Assembly (NCBI RefSeq): GCF_000150275.1
Contig: NW_002060962.1
Span: 1,109,205-1,173,204, forward strand
Reading direction: 5' to 3'
Source of the DNA: Trichoplax adhaerens
Taxonomy: Eukaryota > Animalia > Placozoa
DNA length: 64,000 nt
Shown: positions 12,435 through 25,125 of the stretch, piece by piece
Layout: each line of letters starts with the position of its first letter
Numbering within the stretch: position 1 is the stretch's first letter
Made by a program: the position numbers and the translations under genes
Notes under the pieces: generated by a model
The model's input: only the letters and a program-made list of their open reading frames with translations
Databases searched by the model: none
What the model was told of the DNA's origin: nothing

Positions 12435-14933
12435 TTATATCTGAGTTTCGGCCAAACCGGAGTTATACTTAGAATCGATGAAGAAATAGCTAGAAGAGGC
12501 TGAAGTTATACCATTATTCGTAGGTGTCGTTGGGTCTGTCGAAAGGTTGTTTTGATTACATTTAATCATCAGTCTTAAGCAGGCGGAAAGGATTCGCTTT
12601 GAGATAGTGATTGCTTTATCTTCCGGAATCAATAAGATTAGGAAGCTACAGCTAATAAGAATTGCTCCAAGGATTTTTAAATAATCAAATATAACATGAT
12701 GCATTGCAATATCCACAATTGCATTGCCAGGTATTCCAAGCAATAAACCGATAGCAACGAAAACAGGATAGCTAACTGCTGTTCCTAAAAATGTTAGAGC
12801 ATGAATTGCCACTCCAAATGCTGCGGTTAAGTTGAGGGAATCCCATGGCATAACATCCCAGTTTAAAGCTTCAAATCCAGTAGCTGAGAAAAGCAGTACA
12901 AATATCCACCCCGACAGTAAGACAGTCATACTAACGGCACTGAGTGCTAGTAATGTCTTACCAAAGCAGGAATCAGGCAGTACTCTTTTCAAATATACCT
13001 ATGCAAATCGATAGAATAAACACCCCAGAAGATGTTTGTGTTAGTTTTGCTTTCAAAGCAATTTTACCATTTTCTTTTTAATGTAGTTCTTTGTTATTTA
13101 GCAGTTATCTACGTAAAGTATTAATAACTAAATTAAATTTACTTAAAACAAAATTAAATTAATGGACGCCAAGCTCAGCACTTCGCAAAATGTTAGTATT
13201 AGAGGTAATTAGATTTATAAGGGATTTTAGAAAAGCTGCAGAGAATTTTATAACGTGTAGATGATTTTAAATTTTACCCTATATAAAGCTGAAAGCAATG
13301 CTGATATTAAAGACATGATAACTCCAACTGTACCAGAGCCACTTTGTCTATATGAAATGGCGTAGAACAGCACGCCTGCAATAGCTAGAACGACAGCAAT
13401 TACCTGTTGAAAGTATAAATAAAGTTCAAGTATTAGCTAGCAGTATCAAAATGAAGAAATTTGAGAAATCTTGAGTATGATACGCTTTAAGTGATGATTC
13501 ATATAGAAAGTAAAGATCTTACCCGCAGAAGTATCACAGGTTCTCGTAGCCAAGTCACAGACAGAATATATATCAAGGCAATGTTCACACTTAGAATGGT
13601 TATGTAATCAGTTGGTGATACCATTTTTACAGCGTAAAAGAAGCAAGTATAAGATGCAGCTAAAAAAATGGTTATTGGTATAATTCTGATAATGAATCCT
13701 TTCGTGAATTTGCCATGATATTGTAAAATGGACGAATCTTCCCTATTTAAACCATAGGTTAATAAAAAAAGCGCTAAAATCAATTATGTTGCATACTACG
13801 GTTCGTATCATTCCAGTTTGCTTTATGAATACTCTTCAATTCGAGAACATTATTGAATCTCTAGATCTTGAGTACTAATTAATACTGTCAATATACTCAC
13901 TTCCACATTTCTTTTAAGGATTTTCCAAATATCATGCCAATTGGACAGTAGAGTGGATAACAGATGACTGTCCATGATCTAGCATACCTAGTACACGTAA
14001 ATATATGGCAACAAAATGGAGAATTTCAGATAGAATAGAAATAAATATGTTTACGTTTTGAACTTACCACGTAGCAAATGCTATAGCAGTAAAATTTCCC
14101 GATGTAAGATCGCGGCCAAATTGACCTTCTAGTACTACAGCAACTGCCAGTAGTAGTACTGCGACCAAACCCATTGATGATTTGATCGAGTACGTATTGC
14201 AATGTTGTTTGCAAGCTTCATCTTCTAGATAATTAATAAACAGATAAAAATGATCTCAGTTGCGTAAAGAGTTTTGCAACCGCAAGACCTTTAAACAAGT
14301 TGCTAGTTGCCAGTTGTAGTAAAGCCCCAAATACAGTATATCCAAGACTAAGATTGCTAGATTGTACGAAAATAGATGAATTGTATGTGAGATTTTAAGA
14401 TTGCATGAATAATATGATTATAATTATTGCTTGATAGTCCGTGATAGTTGTTATGCGAACCGAACATATGCATTAAATTAAAGTTTACAAGAAACTGTAG
14501 TTCTTGCTTCATTCTGATTTTGCTTATGTATGTACTGAATTAAGTAACTTTCTCACTAGAGAAAAATCATATTGAACAATTTTAAAAGTTCCTATATTCG
14601 TGTGATGTAAAAGATTGTAACCGAATGATATGTAAATACATGATCTTGATCGACAGTCGAGTTGATATGAATAACTATAGCACTTTGAAGCTGTTCTGCT
14701 GAGTTTCGAAATTTAATTTCTCCTGTTATATCGTTATTACTTTCTGAAGTTGTTAGTAAGACCACAAGCTGCGCGAATTTTGAAAAATTCGTGCCATTAA
14801 TATGAAACATGTCATGGTGTATTATTTATTCTAAAGAAACCCTGCTTTTTTACTTTAAAGTTAAAATTCAATTCCTGATATACCGTCACAAACCTTTTTC
14901 CGATATTTGAGTTTGATTTTCGTTTTCTCTCAT
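12435..14933 (-). CDS. SLC35F3/F4-like transporter, paralog 3
   Basis: Exons ~14933-14894 (MRENENQTQISEK), ~14224-14068, ~13987-13901, ~13742-13523, ~13403-13278 and ~12998-12435 (ending …GLAETQI*). Exon phases match paralogs 1 and 2. Confidence 0.85.
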
Positions 14934-16449
14934 ATTTACTTATAGGATACTAAAGTTATTGATAAATAAAAATGAAATTGCAATTTTTTGATGATTTATT
15001 AATACGAATTGAACCCGATTCTGAGCTCCTGTATGTACTGAAGTTAGAGATGTTGTTATTAATACACATCCTAATGACTATCACGATCAGGGTTTGTGTA
15101 TAATTAAATGCCCCTTGCTATACAGAAAAAAAAGTCAAAACCTAAGAAATTCATAAATCTTATTAAGAATTGACTAAGGTCACGTATAAGATATTACATT
15201 CAACTTTACAATACAATGTTAATGCTTATCTTAAAACTAGAGGTGGCATTATAACGCTGGGAAATGATTGAATAACTGGTTCTGAGACATACTTGATTGC
15301 ACTGGAGCTACTTTAAACATACATACTATTATCAATTGCTCATCAAGACTCATAGATTAATAGTATTAATTTTACTTCCATTGATTAAGTGATAGACAAA
15401 ACTACGGCTGGGAGGGAAGAATTACGGTGCTCAATGTTACTAGTTTGTTGAATACTCCCAAGGGTGCAAATTTTAAACGAAGATATAAACGGATCATTTA
15501 AGAATGCATTAATAATGTAAATTTACTGTTTAGCAGTACCCCATATCTTTGAATCCTTAGATACTATTGCTACTGGTATCGTGTATCAATAAAGTAATGC
15601 ATTCTCTCGATTGCGCTCCCCTTCGTTAAATCGATAGCAATATCACACGGCTACAATACCATAGAGATTTCATCGTATAAACCTTTCCAATATTTACTCA
15701 TAAAAGAATATTCGGGACGTGTTAATGGGTTGATGGTTACGGCATTTAAAATTATGGCACGAAGCCTTCATATTTTGCTATCAGCTACTATATTTTCGCT
15801 AAATCATAATTATAATAAATTGAATACAAAGAATTAATGTAACAGTGGATGAAGTTTTCTAGTCAAAAACTGACTTAACGCAAACAGAATTAAAATTTTT
15901 AATTCCTAGTGTGCATACCAGAAGCTATACAAAAGTTTATATTTTACATTCGTTAAAGTATGAATTTAAAATCATCATCAAACTATTTCGTACTTGTAAA
16001 GTAAAATGAATGATTAGTCTTATTTTATACTAATTTACTGACAATGTGATAGATTGAAAATCAGTACCTGATGGCGGTAAATGGATGTTTGTTGCTGATG
16101 CTAAATAAGCGTCGAATTAGTCCAGAACCTTAAGTAATGTCAAGGCAATTTAAACAATGTTTGAGTGAGAGATAAGACAGTGGTATTATTTATTTTTCAC
16201 TAGATTGATAATTAGGCGTCTACTCCAGCTTCTTCTATTAATACTAGTATTCAAAAGCTTTTTCTTGAGGCCAAGGAAATCAAGGTACGATAGAGCTTGT
16301 GAATTAGTAATATCTCTTTAAATGAATTGTTGCACTAAGGAAAACTGATCTTGTCAGTTTAATTTGTATATAAGAATAATGTTTAGGATAGAAAACTTTT
16401 TCTTCATTGTCTCATTTTTTTATGCATGTTGATAATTAAATTAATATTG

Positions 16450-16482
16450 TAAGCATGCGCCTGAAACTGGATAACTTGAAGT
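16450..16482. promoter_or_regulatory. Conserved upstream element of SLC35F paralog 3 (TAAGCATGCGCCTGAAACTGGATAACTTGAA)
   Basis: Homologous to the elements at 3678 and 10980. Confidence 0.55.
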
Positions 16483-19400
16483 TAATAGGCTAATTTTCTA
16501 TTTTCAGACTCTTTGTTTATTAATAATTCCGATAGAAGAGCTCAAGGGCGTTGCTTCATGTTGTATATTTTTACAGTAATTGCTCTACAGAAAAATTCAC
16601 TGTTAATTGTACTCTTTATGCTGAAGTAAGAATGGTCTACAATGCTGAAAATTAATCGTAATCAATTTGCCGACGATCATAGTTGATTTAATCGCAATGA
16701 AAGGTTTAGACAAAACATTAGTGGCCGCAATGGTTTCCCTACTACTGTGATTGTAGTTACTAAAACATCGCGTATCATAATAGCTTTAAAGTCGGACCCT
16801 CTTTTAAATCATATTTTCTAATATGTAAACCTTGAAGCCAACTTTAAATCACTTAATGTGCTATAAACTGCAATTTTTATATATTTACATAATTTTTTGC
16901 AACCGAGTAGCCAATTAAATATAATATCTAAGCCAAAACTTGTTGATACTTTATGGCGATTACAAAATAGGTTTCCGTCTAAGTCGGATTCCAAGTAATA
17001 ACAGCTACCTTGCTTAAAGCAAAATGCCTCACAGTAAGATTTAAAAAGAACTACATTAATATGTTACAACTGAAGCAATGTAATAAGTATAGTATCAATT
17101 TATTCAAAAACCAGAGATATTATAAAATACTTACGAAGTGATATACCCGTATTATTCTAAATATATTCAGTAAGCTAGATGGATAGCTATATTCTTACAA
17201 CTGCAAGAATATGCTGAAATAGAACTTGGTTATTTTTAGCTACCAGAATTATTTAAACTAAATGAAAACAGCAATTAAATAATAATTTAGGCAACACTGC
17301 TAACATTCGTAGCGATTAATATCTAGCTAAGGCTATAACAGGTTAAAGGTCCGAATTATAAGCTAAGATAGTGCTCTACAATACATTTTTATTGTGATGT
17401 TTGAATACTTTAATGATATGGAAGATATTTTTATTGTAATATAGCTAGAAAATGCAGCTAAATTTGGACAGTAGAGAATGATAAATAACAGGACAGCACT
17501 ATTAAGTTGTTATGTTTCGAGTTGACTAAAGCTGCAGGATACGTAATCCTGCTACAAATTCTTACCGAATTGGAATCAACATGGATCGAGATCTCTAGCT
17601 TGAATCAGCTACAGAATATTGGTCAGATAGCAATCAGCTTACATCAATTATGCTTTAAATATAATAAAAAGTGAAGCACTTTACTAAGATGTAATGAAAG
17701 TAGTATATTACCTTCCAAACATAAATAGAAAAACAATATATTGAAGTATTTTCAGACAAAATGGATGCGATTGAAAATTTGTCGGTTCAGTTTATATATT
17801 TTGTTCTTGGACTCTACCACTGTGCGATAGGATCTATATTAAGCTACAAAATAAACTGTGAATATCTCGGTTCTATTTTTTGTTGCCAAAGTGTCTTTGA
17901 TATTTTCTGTACATGAGCCTACTTACAGTAGCTATAGCTATTAATATTGGAGTTCTACACGACTGAAGTTCACGTTGAAGATCAATGCTTATTTTAAAAA
18001 AATGAAGGATTTTATGGCCTATTACCAGGAAGCAAAATACTAGTAAACATCGCGGATTTATAGAAATAAATATTACCTTATACTAGTAGCAAAATTTAGA
18101 ACGGAATTATTTACATGATTGAGCCGGATACTCTACTTTCACTAATACTATCATCTTGGTTTGGAGTATTACATTAACATTGCAATAAGACGTTTCGAAA
18201 GCCTAAAGTTATCTATTGCTCTTCTACTGAATGAACAGTTATTAAATGATACTAAACGAAGAAATACGCTGATGCATAAATTAAATTTTAAAATTGCATT
18301 GGATAAATTTTATTAGCATGGCGAAGCACAATTTATATTAGGAATGAGATTATTACGATTGAAACCACTGTCTTCGAATTCAGCTGCGATAGTATTGCAA
18401 TCTTTTCAATAGAAATATAAAAATAATTTCCAAACAGATAATAGCATTTGGAAATTTGATAAATAGCTTTAGTAACAATCAATGTCATGCGAAAATGTGT
18501 ATACAATATCTTCAAGGTAGAAAAAAATTCTCCTCAATAACAATTCTCTTTGTACCAAAAGTTGACTATAGTATTAAAATTTATTTTAGAGTTGAAATAT
18601 TCATAACAATTTAACAAATATCTCTTGATTATACTTATAATTACAGCTAGATCGCATCGTATAAAAAAAATTATAAGGTAGCCTTAAGACTGTACTTACT
18701 GGGTATATTTAATGGACTAAAGTTCTATAATAATCAGTAGATTAAAATTAAGTGTTAATTAACTGATTATCTGATAGATCAGTAAAGCTAAGATCATATA
18801 GGCTAGATATCAGAAAAAATCTTGAACTTTGCAGTTATTCCCAATTGCTTAAGTGGTAAAAATATACTTCTTGTGATATAACTCAGATAATAAACGATCG
18901 AATTGTGGATTGCCGATCTGTTTATACTGAATAATCGTTCATATGTTTATGTATCAATGGCACTTTGTGAATATTCATTTTGAATGCCCGCGAGAACTTG
19001 TAATTTAAATAAAATTTAACATTTAAATTTTCTATTTTTGCATATTAAAGACTTTTAGCAGCGGCGCCTTTGCATAATTAAATATCGAAGATTGGGTTAA
19101 TTAATTGTTCTACATTAATTACAATTGCAGTAGTTGATGATTTTTGATCTGACTAGGTATCTAAGAACAGGTTAAGAAACTACTATAAACAATCAAATTA
19201 CCAAAATTTCATGAAATACGGTACTCTAGAAACCACCAACACTGAATGAACAAGTACTTCGAATTATGATGGTGCAAAATTAAAATATTTAAGTTGACTA
19301 ATAACTTAACCCACGTGGAGACATTAAAATGTTATGATCATTCACAAGATTGATACTTAATGAACAATGACGTACACAATTCTGGGATTTACAAATTTTA

Positions 19401-20060
19401 TTGTTTTGAATATGTGCTCAAAATAGCGCAATGAATATACTTAAACAGTTATAATTGGAGAAGGTTAATTAAAAATTTATCTTTAAATAGTATTACAGGT
19501 TTAGACTAATTCTATGAAAATAATGTATGCGTTAGTCGATAACTATTTATTGCAAAAACAAACGTATATCAGGTACTGCATATTTAGAATATAACAGATC
19601 GCAACTTCACTCTCATGATACTTGAAAGGCAAAGTAAATTCTGAAATTATTGCTAAGTAACGGCTCTTACAGCACGAAGGATAAAATAAATGTCGCTCAA
19701 TTTCAATTAGAAAATACAATTATCAAAATAATTTTTAAATACATTTAATCCGAATATGAACGCACATGCGCAGCTTTGCTATTTAACCTTCTTTATCGAG
19801 ATTTTATACATTTAAAATTCGCTGTATTACGTAAGTACTGTATATATATACATTAATTTCGAAAATCAAATTAAAAAATTAAAAAATACGATTATTTTTG
19901 TCTTGTATGATTTTAAGGTCGAATTAAATAGAAATGCAGTAGCAAATTATTTTAATTTAACTTAATAAAGATTTTAAAGAATAATATCAAGTATCTATAG
20001 CTGACTCATAAAAGGTAGCTAAAGTATTATTGCAGTATTTATGACCAATATTGTGCAGAA

Positions 20061-21913
20061 TTACAGGGTAACTTTTCTATAGCAGCAAGGAACCATCCAT
20101 CGTGATAGACGACGCGCTTTATCAACTGGAATTAGTAATATGAGGAAGCTTGAACAAATAAGGAATACGCCAAAGATCTTAATGCCATCAAATATAATAT
20201 GACGATATATTACATCCACGAAAGCATTGCCAGGAATACTAAGTAGCATACCAACTGCTACGAATATTGGAAAACTCACGGCAGTACCAAGAAAAATTAA
20301 AGCACTGACGAGGAGAGAAAATATAGAAGTCACATTGAGCTCATACCAAGGGATAGTTTCCCATTCGATGGTCTCAATCCCAAGTGAAATCGCTACTAAA
20401 ATTAGTGGCCATGAGAAGAGTACAATAAGAGCGCAAACTACGGTGAGTAAAAGGGAAGCTTGACCAACTGATGGGTCAGGAAGCACAAGCTTTAGATATA
20501 CCTAAAGTCATAATAAAAGTTATAACGTAAGTACTTACAGAATTAGCCGTTGAAAATACATATTACGTCATATGTCGATAAGTACTGGCTAAGTAACATA
20601 TTTAATCAATAATAAACAAGATAAAATTAAACATTATACCCTGTAGATAGCTGTCAAAACTGCAACAGATAACGAAAAAATGATTCCCAAAATGCTTGAT
20701 CCATGTAATCCGTAAGAATAAGCGAAGACGAAAACGCCAGTCATGGCTGCAACCACTGCAATGACCTATGGAAATGTGATTTAAATATTATATTTACCTG
20801 AGGTTTTCAATGGCAATGTATTATTGTAGAAATATACCAAATAATACAAATTTAATTATGTAATTTTATTTCTGTAGTAAAACGAAATGTTTCAAATTAC
20901 CCTTAAAGCTAGTAATGGTTCTTTTAACCAATATATCGATAGAATATATATCAGTGCAATGTTGACAGCCATTACAGCTGAACAATCGCTAGGAGGGCTT
21001 ATATCCAAGGCATAATAATAAAAGTAATATGCGGAATTATAAATTACGGTTACTGGGAGGACTTTTTTGAAAAAGCCTTGTTTATAATTTCCGTCTTGCT
21101 TCAATACGACACAATCCTCACTGCGAATGGAAAATTATTTTAAGTTTGTTTTTGCCAAACCGATGATTTCATTACAGCTGATCAAATTTAAAGCTACCAT
21201 TTTGATATTAACAGCGATAACAAATAATAATATAATATGCAGTAAGCTGTTTAAGAATTTTAGCATTAGTTAATATCAAGATACTAGAATTCGAATAGAT
21301 AGAGAATAAGTGTCGATTCTAGCTTAATTAAAGAATAATACTTTGTAGACACTCCTTTCTATTAGTAGATTTTTATTCATTACTTGTATCGCACGCGAAA
21401 AATATTTCGTCTCACTGATTTTAATAATCATTGTTGATATATCCAATTTATGATCTTTATAAGCTAATGACCTATTTCTTTTAAACTGATATAGTGACTA
21501 AAATCCTTGAATCAATTAATGTTAAACTATAATAAAAAGTAGTAAAGACTAATATTTATTTCTATGTGGTGAAAAATAAGACGAACCTCCACATGGATTT
21601 TAGCGATTTGCCAGTCATAAGACCAAATAGGCAGTAGCAAGGATATATTAATATCGAGAAATTTCGTCCATACCTATTATTTATATGAAATATTCAATTA
21701 ATTGTCGTCATATTTAGAACATAAGAATAAATTTACTCACCAGGTCGCAAATGTAAAAGCTGTAAAATTTAATGATGCCATAGAATTCGCAAACTGTATT
21801 TCAACTGTACTTGTTATTGCCAATAACAAGACTATCAGGAGGCCTACCCATGTTTTCGCAGAACTGCTACTACTCTTATCAGGTTGCTCACTTTGTTCTG
21901 CTTCTATTATCAT
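20061..21913 (-). CDS. SLC35F3/F4-like transporter, paralog 4 (most divergent, short C-terminal tail)
   Basis: Exons ~21913-21741 (MIIEAEQSEQPDKSSSSSAKTWVGLLIV…FTFATW), ~21673-21587, ~21120-20901, ~20764-20640 and ~20501-20061. The start codon is uncertain because an upstream exon could join at the phase-1 acceptor near 21904. Confidence 0.8.
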
Positions 21914-24119
21914 CAATTCAAGATAGTAAATTATCGAGTTTAGCTAGAAAGATATTGAAACCAATCATATCTGATAGGATATCTTAATTTGGAATGATGG
22001 AACTCTTTAACTGCAGAGTAATTCACAGTCATGACAAATGAATATTATTAATACAATATTCTACAGTATCGAAAGGGTCCACTAATATTAATTCGTACCA
22101 AAATTTTCCTAATTAATCTATAACTTAAAACTGAATACGACAGCTAATATAAATATACATGGAGATTTGATGCTAGTATTTAAGACATGGAATACTTCGT
22201 AGATACTGTCTGCAGCTAAGTAAAGTGCGTGTCTGATTATCATTTATGCTTAGTCTGGTAGAAATTTAATGGCTAAAATTAAAATTGGGTATTAGAAGGG
22301 AAATAATAAATCGTATGGTAGGCCTCAGTTAATATATTTAATAAGTAAAGTGATCTAGCAAGGTAGATATCATCAAAATATCCTGCTAAACTACATAGAT
22401 GTCAAAAGGAATTTATTTTCTTTCAGATGTATAATTAAATTAAGAAATTCGTAAATTAACATGATGAACTATCATATTTAAACTCGTAATTCAAAGGTAA
22501 ATTTCAAAAAAGTCGAAGCAATTGTAGTTGTTAGTAGTCTTATGAAATATTTTCGCTATAAGTAAATTAAAAAAAATAGCAATGCACATCCATGCAAAGT
22601 ATCTATCCAATTCAAGTTAAAGCTACTCATAGTTGTTAACTACATGAAGAAATAAATCCTTAAATAAATTACAAAGTTAAGAGCAATATGGGTACATTCA
22701 ATTTAAGCTTATGCAGCACATGGATGAGATTCATACATTTAAAATAAACAGAATCTCCTTCCTATAATTTTGATAATGAATGCATACTGCGCTATTTATT
22801 TATAATAGCTTGTGCTATCGTAGAGTTGATGGGTAACATGTTTCATTTGTAAATCTATGTCAGTCTAGTAAATTTTTGTCGACTTTGTCAGTACTTTACT
22901 TTCACATATGTAAATTGAGGTTAATCTTACGGTATTATAAAAAATTGATATTAACTCAATTACGACTAGTAGTTAGTCCTAACTGAGTGATAATACACGT
23001 ATGCAGCAGTAGGCACATTGATAGTATTTGATACGTATTACTTTAAACATTGATTTATAGTATTAGCTCCTGATATCTTAAAATATTATTACATGTTCTA
23101 TATCCGTTAGCCAGTTCTATATACATTCATGATATTATTAGGATTATTCTAATTATGCTATGCTATTCGAAAGGATAAAAAATAATTCTATTTTATGTAC
23201 ATGTAATAATTTAGTGTATAGTTTGTAATGTGTTCATGATTGATTCGCACCTTTAGGACATTCGAGATCTATGTCGACTTTAACTTGTTTGGTCATGTTG
23301 ATGGTATATTGGTTAGCTAATTTTTTGTAGTGATTTCTTGGAAAATAATAGTTCTAAATTCATGTACAAAATTATAACGTAGAATGCATTAACAAATCTT
23401 TCCGGAAAGGGTAATCTAGTTTTTAAGAATAAATCCACGCTAATGTTAGATTCGGATTGAATGGAGGTATCTGTTATGATTAGAATTATAAAATTTTTTT
23501 AAGATATCTTTAATTAAATTTCGAAAAATCTACCTTGAGTTGAGCTGATGTTAGGCTTTAACCTTCGTAATTAGAACCGTGATTGAAATTCACGATCACG
23601 GTAGAAAATGTGGAGTACTTGTTGCTGACGACGTTTATTCGATTTGATCTATCAGTAAGCGTGGCGAGCTTAAATAGTTTCTGCTTCTATAGAATACATT
23701 GCTATTAAACCGGTTGTTATTTATGTTATTTAAGAGGGCCTGCTGGGTAGTAAGTATCATTCTCACGGTCTTTCTCTGTATATAGATGAGTCTGTACGAG
23801 TCTGTATAATTTAATTTTTAGTAATGTTTAATTTAGCTTGAATATTTCTTTCATACTAGTAACAATGATTCTGTATATTTAGAATTTGCCTTGATTAAAC
23901 TTACTTTGCAAATTCATATTAAGTGCACTTGATATCGCCCATACACGTCAGCATTTTTTCTGATTTCCTATAGTATCATTATAAAATTTCGCTCACGCTT
24001 GATAAGTTAGCCCTGAAACCAGTTTTCATGCCTGCAACTGGTTTAGTAAACAGGTTTATTATAAGCAAACGGAATGCAAGATAATTAGGCTTTTAGGATA
24101 ATATTTTATAATTTAACTG

Positions 24120-24325
24120 CAGCTAAAATGCTTTCTAATTGGACAGAATGCCACTTAATGTAACCAAAATGACGTAATCCTATCAACTTTATCAAGATAA
24201 GATTACTAATATTTGAAAATATTTTATAAAATCTAATGACTTCTAAAATGCATTCCAATTGGCAGGATGCTTACTTAATGTAGCCAAAATGATGCAATTC
24301 CGTGAACTTTATCTAGACAGCATCT
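24120..24325. repeat. Diverged two-copy tandem duplication with ~120 bp period
   Basis: CTAAAATGC…AATTGG…CTTAATGTA.CCAAAATGA…AACTTTATC.AGA occurs at ~24123 and ~24243. Confidence 0.8.
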
Positions 24326-25125
24326 TTAATATTGTTAAAAATGAGCTGTTCTCATAAAAATGAATAAATCTACCTTGTAAGTTAATAGTATCATCTCTCC
24401 ATTATTTGTTTAGGAATCCATACGAGGCCTTACAATCATAACTAGCTCGTCAATGAAATAATATACAGATGCTATGTAATCAAAGATAGTATCTGGTTTA
24501 ATATTACCTTTAACCCTGATAATTTGTATCAGAGTACAATGTCTTTTTATATTTAAAGGCAGATATTAACTCTTATAGATTAACTTAAAAAATAATTTTA
24601 ATTGCACGCTTAAAACCTTCAGAAAGAAAATTTTACTATAATTTAAAATCAAAGCTGATGATGTAATGATATATCTGCGTGTAAGAGAGCAATTAAGAAA
24701 ATTTAGTTGGATGATAAAGTACTGTACATTTTTACATTCCATTTTTGTAGGTTATATCGAATGAAATTATATTGCGATTGTACACTTTTATTTGGGACAT
24801 CAAATTATGTCGATAAGAGAATAAAGCATCCTAATAGAATAGAATAGAATGTTGTGTAAATTATCGCATCATGGTGTCGCATTGAAATTCATTCGTTTAG
24901 TAAAACAGGCTATTGTTAGACAATTTGCGTCGAAATGTAATTCTTATATTTGTACAGATGTAAATAATCATCAACACTTAGTAGGCAAGTGCGGTAATCC
25001 TTCACGCAACTTTAATTTTGTTTAACTGTATTGTTACATCAATAAATAAATAAGCGTATACTAATTTCTGAAGGTTATATCTCCTATGGTGGCTTATAAT
25101 GATCTAAATGAAATGAAGCTGTTAG

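Noticed and set aside
16600-20000. Hidden fifth SLC35F copy or transposon in the long gap
   Set aside because: I found no SLC35F exon motifs, terminal repeats or transposase-like frames by eye.
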